A stretch of DNA of 64,000 nt. It comes from Chloroflexota bacterium. Its GTDB lineage: Bacteria > Chloroflexota > UBA6077 > FW602-bin22 > JAMCVK01. The notes beneath the pieces are model-generated. The model ran no database searches, was not told the origin of the DNA, and saw nothing but the letters and a program-made list of their open reading frames with translations. The position numbers were made by a program, and so were the translations under genes. The stretch is from assembly GCA_023475225.1 (NCBI GenBank), contig JAMCVK010000035.1, forward strand, positions 11,212-75,211, written 5' to 3'. Positions 18,936 through 26,223 of the stretch are shown in pieces; the stretch's first letter is position 1, and each line of letters opens with the position of its first letter.

Positions 18936-20029
18936 TTCTTTTTATTACACGCAAATATCCACCATCGGTGGGAGGAATGCAAGAACTGAGCTATCACTTG
19001 ACCACTGAGATAGGGAAGGTTCGCCAGAGCAAGGTCATCGCCTGGGGGGGATCCCAGCTCTTCTTACCCCCCTTCCTAATTTATGCTCTGGCCAGGAGCA
19101 TTCCCCCCCTGCTGAATAGGAGGATAACTCTTCTCCATCTGGGCGATGTTATACTGGCACCGTTAGGATTGATCCTCAAGCGCATGTTCAGGGTACCAGT
19201 GGTAGCTAACGTGCACGGACTGGACCTTGTCTACCCTCATCCCCTCTACCAAACACTCATGCCCTATTTCTTAACCCGACTGGACAAGTTGGTCTGTATC
19301 AGCCATCATACCAAAAATGAATGCCTCAAACGCGGCATCCCTGATGAGCAGTGTGTGGTCATCCCTGTTGGGGTGGACATCAACGAATTCGCTATGTCTA
19401 AGGAAACGGCTAGACGGACAGTGGAGAGAATCATCAGACGGCCATTAAAAGGGGTAAAGGTGTTGCTCACCGTAGGAAGGTTGGTCAAACGAAAGGGGAT
19501 AAGCCACTTTGTGACGCATATCTTGCCTGGCATAGTAGCCAGACGGATGGATGTAATCTACCTTATAGCTGGTGAGGGGCCGGAACAGGCCCAAATAATT
19601 AAGGAAATCGATACGCATAACCTGCATTCGCATGTTTTCCTGCTGGGGAAGGTAGATGAGTGTACGCTGCCTGCCTTGTATGCGGCGGCCGATCTCTTTG
19701 TTATGCCGAATATATCCATCGCTGGTGATACCGAGGGCTTTGGTATCGTGGCCTTGGAGGCTTGCGCGGCCGGCTTAGGCGTGGTAGCTTCCAGGTTGGA
19801 GGGCATTCAGGAAGTTATCGAACCTGGCAAAAATGGCCTCCTGTTAGACCCGACCGACATAGCTGGCTATGTGGACACTATCCTGAATCTCCTGGCAGAT
19901 GACGCTGGTTGCCAACACTTGGGGCTAAAGGCAAGAGCATACGTAGAACGGCGATTCAACTGGCCTGGCATTGCCGAGCAATATTTGCAGGTCTTTGACG
20001 AAATCAGGAACAAGAATAATGGCCGCTGA
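18932..20029 (+). CDS. family 4 (GT-B, GT1-type) glycosyltransferase
   Basis: The C-terminal motif is EGFGIVALEACAAGLGVVAS...G.NGLLL (E-x7-E type). Confidence 0.8.
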   Translation: MILFITRKYPPSVGGMQELSYHLTTEIGKVRQSKVIAWGGSQLFLPPFLIYALARSIPPLLNRRITLLHLGDVILAPLGLILKRMFRVPVVANVHGLDLVYPHPLYQTLMPYFLTRLDKLVCISHHTKNECLKRGIPDEQCVVIPVGVDINEFAMSKETARRTVERIIRRPLKGVKVLLTVGRLVKRKGISHFVTHILPGIVARRMDVIYLIAGEGPEQAQIIKEIDTHNLHSHVFLLGKVDECTLPALYAAADLFVMPNISIAGDTEGFGIVALEACAAGLGVVASRLEGIQEVIEPGKNGLLLDPTDIAGYVDTILNLLADDAGCQHLGLKARAYVERRFNWPGIAEQYLQVFDEIRNKNNGR

Positions 20030-20903
20030 AGTATCAGTCATCATCCCCAATCTGCATTCGCCTATCGTTGACAGGACCATTAGATCTGTCGAGAGCCAGG
20101 CAACGGATAACTTTGAGATAATCGTTGTGGGGCTTGACCGTCATGGCTTGATCAACACAAACAATCATATAACCTTCGTTTCAACAGGGCGGTCGGTATA
20201 TCCCAGTGTGGCGCGAAACATTGGCCTGGACCGAGCGGTAGGGCAATATGTGATATTCCTGGATGCGGACTGCGTCGCTGCACCGGGATGGCTGGACGCA
20301 TTATTGTTCCATTTACGGCAGGAACCGTGCGCTGTCAGCGGGTCAATGCATCTTACCAAGGATAACTTCTGGATCCTCTGCGACAACATCGCTACTTTCC
20401 ATGAGTACCTTTCCAATTTGCCTCGTGGTACACGCCCTTACCTACCCAGTTTTAGTCTGGCCATACATCGGGAAGCGTTGCTAGCAGTCGGAGGTTTTGA
20501 TGAATCCCTACCCACTGCCGAGGACCTGGACCTGAGCATCAGGATAGCCAGCGCAGGATATAAGCTCTACTTTGAGCCCACCGCCGTCGTTTACCATTAT
20601 CCGGAGCGACGCTCAGCGATATCCGTCTTCGCCCATTCATCTGTTAGCGGACAGAACTCGATGCGTGTTAGACTAAAGTATGGCCCCATCTTTCGCATGC
20701 CGTCTATCGTCCAAAACCCCCTGGGGCTACTCGCCCTTTCTCCAGTCGTGGCGGCCTACGTGACGCTGAAAATATTCCTTGGTGATCCTCATCTTTGGAT
20801 TTACTGGTACACCTCACCAATCATCTTTTTGTCAAAAATAGCCTGGTGCCTGAGTGCTAGCAGAGCCCTGGCCGATCGGCAGGCGATGCAATCAAGGAGG
20901 TGA
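20019..20903 (+). CDS. family 2 glycosyltransferase
   Basis: Present are VSVIIPNLH and FLDADC (DxD). The start is set at ATG 20019 (MAAEVSVII), overlapping the upstream gene by 11 nt. Confidence 0.75.
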   Translation: MAAEVSVIIPNLHSPIVDRTIRSVESQATDNFEIIVVGLDRHGLINTNNHITFVSTGRSVYPSVARNIGLDRAVGQYVIFLDADCVAAPGWLDALLFHLRQEPCAVSGSMHLTKDNFWILCDNIATFHEYLSNLPRGTRPYLPSFSLAIHREALLAVGGFDESLPTAEDLDLSIRIASAGYKLYFEPTAVVYHYPERRSAISVFAHSSVSGQNSMRVRLKYGPIFRMPSIVQNPLGLLALSPVVAAYVTLKIFLGDPHLWIYWYTSPIIFLSKIAWCLSASRALADRQAMQSRR

Positions 20904-21847
20904 TCGGTGAAGTGATACGGGGTATGCCCCTGGTCTACGTCATTATTCTGACCTGGAATCACAAAGAGGATATGCTTGAATGTGTCGATTCCGCTCTTCA
21001 GCTGGATTATCCACGCTTCAACGTGCTCGTCGTTGACAACGGCTCTACCGATGGTGGCCCAGCTCTTCTAAGGGAAAAGTTCCCCGCAGTGGAACTCATT
21101 CTTAACGAGGATAATCTGGGCATCGCCCGTGGCTATAACGTGGGCATTCGACGAGCCCTGGAGTGTGGTGCCGATTACGTTTTTATACTTAATAATGACA
21201 CTATTCTAGACAGATATTTACTAGCCAATATGGTACAAGTAGGAGAGGAGATGCCTGAGGCTGGGATACTTATGCCGAAGATATACTACTATGGCGGTCA
21301 GGAAAGGATTTGGTCCGCTGGCGCCAGGCGACGTCTCTTTCCGCCTGGTATTGTGTTCCTTGGACTCAATGCCCTCGATGGACCAAGGTATGCCTCGCTG
21401 CGCGAGATTGCCTATGCCCCTAGCTGTGGACTTCTGGTGAGAAGGCGAGTGTTTGAAAGGGTTGGTGGTTTTGACCCTGGCTATTTTATGTACTACGACG
21501 ACTGGGATTTTTGCGAGCGGGTACGGCAAGCCAACCATAAAATAATCTATGTGCCTCAGGCGAAGATGTGGCATAAAGTTTCCCTTAGCACGCAGAGGGG
21601 AAGGCAACCGGCGAGATGGTGGTATGTTATGGGTCAAAGTAGCGTTCGCTTCCATTTAAGGCACCGGGGGTTGGTTGAATTGGGATTCAATACCCTTTGG
21701 GTCGTTCTGCGTGAGCTGGCCAAACGTAATTTCAAAGGAGCTCTATCCTATCTGGCTGGAATCGGAAGAGGATTATTCTCATCCCAGGGCAGGCATATAG
21801 CAGAGGAGCAATCTTTATTTGTCGGCGAGACGAAGGACGATTCTTGA
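20900..21847 (+). CDS. family 2 glycosyltransferase
   Basis: Present are VYVIILTWNH, VDNGSTDG, ILNNDT and YYDDWDF. Confidence 0.8.
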   Translation: MIGEVIRGMPLVYVIILTWNHKEDMLECVDSALQLDYPRFNVLVVDNGSTDGGPALLREKFPAVELILNEDNLGIARGYNVGIRRALECGADYVFILNNDTILDRYLLANMVQVGEEMPEAGILMPKIYYYGGQERIWSAGARRRLFPPGIVFLGLNALDGPRYASLREIAYAPSCGLLVRRRVFERVGGFDPGYFMYYDDWDFCERVRQANHKIIYVPQAKMWHKVSLSTQRGRQPARWWYVMGQSSVRFHLRHRGLVELGFNTLWVVLRELAKRNFKGALSYLAGIGRGLFSSQGRHIAEEQSLFVGETKDDS

Positions 21848-21869
21848 TCTCTTAGGATGAGATGCAGAG

Positions 21870-22802
21870 ATGGAAAACGTAAACTGCAATTTATGTGGCT
21901 CAGCAGAAAGAGAGCCGTTTTGCTCTGGACGGGATAGATTATACAGGTTAGAGGGCGATTTTGAATTAGTCAGGTGTCCGCATTGTCACCTCATCTATCT
22001 TAACCCGCGACCATGTAGAGATGAGATAGAGAGGTACTATCCGCCAGACAGTTATAAAGAGTACCTAAGTGATTCGGATAGACAGAATTGGTTCCTGCGA
22101 CTCAATCGCTGTTACGGGATGAAGAAACGTTGTCGGGCAGTGCTAAAGATGAAAAGAGAAGGTAGACTCCTGGATGTTGGCTGCGCTACCGGCGATTTCT
22201 TGGCTGCTATGCGCAGACACGGGGGTTGGGAGGTCTGCGGGGTAGAATTGAATGCTGAGGCTGCCGCTTATGCCAGGCAGCATTTTGGATTACCGGTGTT
22301 TGCGGGACAGCTGGAAGAGGCTGGTTTTCCAGCAGCACATTTTGACGTGGTCACCTTGTGGAATGTACTCGAACATCTACCCGACCCCACAGGCAGCTTG
22401 AAGGAGATAGAGCGTGTCTTAAAAGAAGATGGGCTGCTTCTGCTCACGATACCGAACCTGGACAGCGTTGATAGCCGACTCTTTGGCCCGTATTGGGCCC
22501 TTCTGGAGATACCACGGCATCTGTACTTGTTTCCATCAGATGCCCTTGAGAGAATGTTGACCGAGGCGGGCTTCAAGATTGTAAAAAGGGAGTGCTTTTT
22601 TGGGGGTTGGTATTCATTCATCACCAGCCTTCAATTTCTATTCGAGGAGAAGACAAGACGCATGGGTTCTGGTAAGAATATTTGGGCTGATCGCCCTCTC
22701 TCACAAGGTCTGCGATTTCTACTGCAGCCATATTTCTTCCTGGCAGATAGATTTTTGAAGGGACCATTACTCACCCTATCTTGTCGTAGGATGCAGGCTT
22801 GA
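21870..22802 (+). CDS. class I SAM-dependent methyltransferase with N-terminal 4-Cys zinc-ribbon
   Basis: The zinc ribbon is CNLCGS...CPHCHL. SAM motif I is LLDVGCATGDF. Confidence 0.75.
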   Translation: MENVNCNLCGSAEREPFCSGRDRLYRLEGDFELVRCPHCHLIYLNPRPCRDEIERYYPPDSYKEYLSDSDRQNWFLRLNRCYGMKKRCRAVLKMKREGRLLDVGCATGDFLAAMRRHGGWEVCGVELNAEAAAYARQHFGLPVFAGQLEEAGFPAAHFDVVTLWNVLEHLPDPTGSLKEIERVLKEDGLLLLTIPNLDSVDSRLFGPYWALLEIPRHLYLFPSDALERMLTEAGFKIVKRECFFGGWYSFITSLQFLFEEKTRRMGSGKNIWADRPLSQGLRFLLQPYFFLADRFLKGPLLTLSCRRMQA

Positions 22803-23791
22803 GGCCAGAGTGGGGAGGCATTTTGCTCAAAAATACTCAACAAAGAGTTATTACAGCCTTATTGGTCGCCCTGACCTTCGTATTCCTGGGATACAGCTTA
22901 TATCAGAGCTGGCACGAGCTGTCCAGGTACGAATGGGCAGTGAATTACCTTTACTTATCATTCTCGTTTCTGCTCTATCCAATTACCTTTCTCCTGCTTG
23001 CCTGGGGATGGAGCTCGATCATCAGGGGATTAGGAGCAGCTTGTGGCTTCTGGTTGAACCTGCAGATTTATGCTCAGGCAGCCTTGGCTAAGCGGATACC
23101 AGGTACACTCTGGTACGTAGCCGGGCGGGTGTATCTATATAACCAACAAGGAGTGCATCGTTCGGTCACTTTGATGGGTACTTTCATCGAAATAGCCCTA
23201 ATCATTTTGTCAGGGGCATCGCTCAGTCTTCTGACCATCCCATTTTATTTTGAAACCGTAAATAACCAAATAGGCTTCTTTATGGTCTTGCCCCTGTTGT
23301 CCGTACTCATTCTCGCTTCCCCAAAAATAGTGAGCGCTATGGGACGCTTTTTTTGGAGAATGGACAGAGGACAGAGTGCCAGCTTGCCAGAGATGAAAAT
23401 CGCTGATATCTTAGGATGTCTATTAATCTACATTGTGACTTGGGTTCTTGGCGGAGTGGTGCTGTATTGTTTAACTAAGGCCATTTACCCCCTGGAGGTA
23501 CAACAATTGCCGCAGATTATCAGCGTTTGGGTAGTGGCGGGGACGATCAGCTCAGTAGTACTTTTTGCTCCGAGTGGCTTAGGTGTTAGGGAGATCAGCC
23601 TATCCCTCCTCTTGAGCCGCTATTTACCCTTATCCATTGCCATAGTCGTGGCCCTGTTATTTAGGGTCTTGCTGACACTTGGCGAGGTGGGCAGTGTTCT
23701 CTCCTCGCTGGCACTCACACATTACATTGCTAAGAGGAGAGGAGATCACTCTCTAATAGCCACCGAAGGGGGTCCTCTAGACAATCACTAG
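22799..23791 (+). CDS. UPF0104 / lysylphosphatidylglycerol-synthase-TM-region-like membrane protein
   Basis: The 330-aa polytopic ORF has a conserved C-terminal (PSGLGVREI) motif typical of this family, which is frequently linked to GT2 genes. Confidence 0.6.
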   Translation: MRPEWGGILLKNTQQRVITALLVALTFVFLGYSLYQSWHELSRYEWAVNYLYLSFSFLLYPITFLLLAWGWSSIIRGLGAACGFWLNLQIYAQAALAKRIPGTLWYVAGRVYLYNQQGVHRSVTLMGTFIEIALIILSGASLSLLTIPFYFETVNNQIGFFMVLPLLSVLILASPKIVSAMGRFFWRMDRGQSASLPEMKIADILGCLLIYIVTWVLGGVVLYCLTKAIYPLEVQQLPQIISVWVVAGTISSVVLFAPSGLGVREISLSLLLSRYLPLSIAIVVALLFRVLLTLGEVGSVLSSLALTHYIAKRRGDHSLIATEGGPLDNH

Positions 23792-23816
23792 ATGTTTCTA
23801 AGGAGGAGCGGTAGAG

Positions 23817-24590
23817 ATGACTAGGGTCGTGGGTTTGATCCCAGCAGCTGGACAAGGCACGCGGTTAGCGCCATTTCCCTGGTACAAAGAGCTGTTCCCC
23901 ATCGGCTATCAAGATATGTTAGTCAATGGGTGTATGCAGCGAAGGCCCAAAGTTGTAGGCCAATATTTGATTGATAACATGATTAGAGCCGGGGTGAGGA
24001 AGATTTTCTTCATCCTGGGCGAAGGTAAACATGACATTATGCGCTATTATGGCAATGGGCAACGATTTGGCATTGACATCGCCTATCTCTTTCAAGAACA
24101 GCTGACCGGCCTGCCAGCGGCTCTTGACCTGGCTAGAAATTGGCTAACAGATGAGACAGTCATTTTCGGGATGCCTGATACAATCATCCAGCCAGCGAAT
24201 GCCTTCATCCAGCTGTTGGATGCTCATGAACACGGTACTGCCGCAGTGACCCTGGGCGTGTTCAAGACGAATACACCAGCCAAGTTCGGCATGGTTGAGA
24301 TTGCCCCTGATGGTATGGCGGTTGGCTTTGTGGACAAACCAGCCCACACCTCCTTGAAGTATATGTGGGGCGTTGGTTGCTGGTCCCGTGCCTTTACCGA
24401 GCTTATGGGGGCCTTTTTGACTGAAAATCCCTACCAGGGCAAGGAAATTATCTTAAGCGATGTCTTTCAGCGGGTCGTAGAAAGCGGTTTACGGATACAA
24501 ACAGTGCGCTTCGATGAGGGGATTTATATCGATGTCGGCACACCGGAGGGGCTAAATCAGGCCATCGAAGAGTTTGGGTCAACCATGTAA
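23817..24590 (+). CDS. sugar-phosphate nucleotidyltransferase
   Basis: The N-terminus is GLIPAAGQGTRLAP (GxGTRL pyrophosphorylase loop). The 257-aa length fits the family. Confidence 0.8.
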   Translation: MTRVVGLIPAAGQGTRLAPFPWYKELFPIGYQDMLVNGCMQRRPKVVGQYLIDNMIRAGVRKIFFILGEGKHDIMRYYGNGQRFGIDIAYLFQEQLTGLPAALDLARNWLTDETVIFGMPDTIIQPANAFIQLLDAHEHGTAAVTLGVFKTNTPAKFGMVEIAPDGMAVGFVDKPAHTSLKYMWGVGCWSRAFTELMGAFLTENPYQGKEIILSDVFQRVVESGLRIQTVRFDEGIYIDVGTPEGLNQAIEEFGSTM

Positions 24591-24601
24591 ATGAGATCAT
24601 C

Positions 24602-24820
24602 CAACAACGGGGGTTCCCAGGGGGTGCAGCCTTTCTGCGGGCCTGCCCACCGCAGGCAGGGGTTTGGGGTACCCCAAACCTTCGTTCCCCTTTCCAGCTG
24701 GAGAGGGAGTAGTCCAGAAGGGGGGCAAGCCCCCTTCTGGGAGGGTCCTAGGGCTCCGCCCTAGTTATAATCCCCCCTTCTCCCGCAAGGCGGGAGAAGG
24801 GGGTAGGGGAGATGAGGGCT
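24602..24820 (+). repeat. copy A of a modular hairpin-rich intergenic repeat
   Basis: The 5' module caacaacgggggttcccagggggtgcagcc matches copy B. It is followed by five perfect GC-rich hairpins and a 3' module, aagggggtaggggagatgagg, that resembles the ends of copies B and C. Confidence 0.7.
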
Positions 24821-24826
24821 TTTTCC

Positions 24827-25561
24827 CTATAAACCAAAGGAGAGGCGGGCCGCCAGACGAGGCGGTAATCCTAGAAGTCTCATTTTCTCCTGCGTCTTGC
24901 GCGTATCATAATATACACGGCGAAATCGGAGCATTCTACGCTCCACGTCGAGGATGGCATAACTGGCCGCAGGATTGCCATCGCGTGGTTGCCCAACACT
25001 TCCGGGATTAATGATAAGCTGCGTCCGGGTTAAGTCTAACCGTCCACTGATAGGCAGATCAATCATCTGGCATTCCCCGTTCTTGTCCTCATCTCCATAA
25101 GAGAAGACCAGGGGAATATGGGAATGCCCAATCAGACAATGCTTGGTGTGGAAATAACGAAGATTGGCGTTGGCCTGTTCCTCATCCAACAAATACTCCC
25201 AAATAGGGTCGCGTGGGCTGCCATGAACCAGGGTCGATTCCTCTCTTTCGAGTGTCACTGGAAGATTGCGCAGATATTCCTTATTCTTCATGGTGAGCTG
25301 CTGGCCAGTCCAGAGGCAGGCCGCAGCGGCATCAGGATTGAAATAGACTGTCTCCACAAGTCCGACAGCTGCCCAATCATGGTTACCGGCCACAGCTATA
25401 TGCGGGTAGCGGCGAATCATGTCGATACACTCGTTGGGATCCGGACCGTAGCCCACAATATCGCCGAGACACCAGATCTCCTCAAAATTGCCCGCATCGG
25501 CGAGTACAGCTTCCAAGGCCGCCAGATTGCTATGGATATCCGAGATTATAGCGATTCGCAT
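24827..25561 (-). CDS. metallophosphoesterase (YfcE/MJ0936-like)
   Basis: Motifs DIHSN, GDIVGYGP, GNHD and GHSH are present. The start is set at ATG 25561 (MRIAIISDIH). The longer ORF to 25777 would translate the repeat element. Confidence 0.85.
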   Translation of the reverse strand: MRIAIISDIHSNLAALEAVLADAGNFEEIWCLGDIVGYGPDPNECIDMIRRYPHIAVAGNHDWAAVGLVETVYFNPDAAAACLWTGQQLTMKNKEYLRNLPVTLEREESTLVHGSPRDPIWEYLLDEEQANANLRYFHTKHCLIGHSHIPLVFSYGDEDKNGECQMIDLPISGRLDLTRTQLIINPGSVGQPRDGNPAASYAILDVERRMLRFRRVYYDTRKTQEKMRLLGLPPRLAARLSFGL

Positions 25562-25641
25562 TCCTTCTCCATTGGGCCGGTTGGAATCCCCGCCAGTATA
25601 GCATAAGGTTCCCCCTCCAGCCAACCAGAGGAGGAGAACGT

Positions 25642-25859
25642 CGAACAACGGGGGTTCCAAGGGGGCGCAATCCCTTTGGCAGGGGTCTTTCGGATATGCC
25701 CCAGAACACAAAAAGCCCATAGGGTTTCCCCTATAAAACGGGGAGTGCAGGGGCGAAGCCCTCCTGACGGGGGTCACAGGGGGTGTCCCCCCTATTTCAA
25801 CAAAAAGCCCGCAGGGCTACCTTGAACCCCCTGGAAGGGGGTTGGGGGGAGGTATTCAC
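25642..25859 (+). repeat. copy B of the modular hairpin-rich intergenic repeat
   Basis: With the reverse complement of 62258-62379 it shares the blocks cgaacaacgggg, ccctttggcaggggtcttt(c/t)ggat(a/g)tgccccagaa(c/t)acaaaaagccc and ctaccttgaaccccct...ggggg(t)ttggggg.ag.tattc. It carries an extra internal hairpin cassette of about 95 nt. Confidence 0.75.
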
Positions 25860-25874
25860 TCTCGAGCAAACCCC

Positions 25875-25903
25875 TTGACAACTCTCCCCTCTGCTTATAT
25901 AAT
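25875..25903 (+). promoter_or_regulatory. perfect consensus sigma70-type promoter (TTGACA-17 nt-TATAAT)
   Basis: TTGACA lies at 25875-25880, the 17-nt spacer actctcccctctgctta follows, and TATAAT lies at 25898-25903. It faces the RHS region. Confidence 0.55.
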
Positions 25904-26223
25904 TCAAGCAATGGGCGAACGGGCACCCTATCACCCATCCCTTAGGAGGGTCTTGTGGGAAGGACAACCTGGCCGTTGACCTTCAACCCCCTCATAAGCA
26001 GCAAGGGCGTTTCCCCTAGCGATCTATCTCTCCAACCTGGCCTTATCCCTCTCCCTTCGAAAGGAGAGCGCTGGCCATCCGCACTGGCGATGGGTCGTGC
26101 CCCATAGGGGCCGTAAACGGCAGCGTCAGCACGGGCAACTACCTGCCACCGGTCCACTTCTCCTACTACGAGGGCCTAGACGCCTACGGCAGCGGGCTCC
26201 ATGGCAAGCTGCACCTCAAGAGC

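Noticed and set aside
24664-25011. A 115-aa plus-strand ORF (MGYPKPSFPFPAGEGVV...), and the N-terminal extension of the phosphoesterase ORF up to 25777.
   Set aside because: Both simply translate the hairpin-rich repeat elements, giving Gly/Pro/Arg-rich junk. The phosphoesterase has a canonical MRIAIISDIH start at 25561.
24602-25859. Possible CRISPR array, considered because of the many short GC-rich palindromes.
   Set aside because: The hairpins all differ in sequence. There is no constant repeat unit, no regular repeat-spacer period and no cas gene in the window.
25942-26157. A 71-aa minus-strand ORF lies upstream of the RHS gene.
   Set aside because: It is antisense to the open RHS-related frames in a GC-rich stretch. 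It has no SD and no recognisable features.
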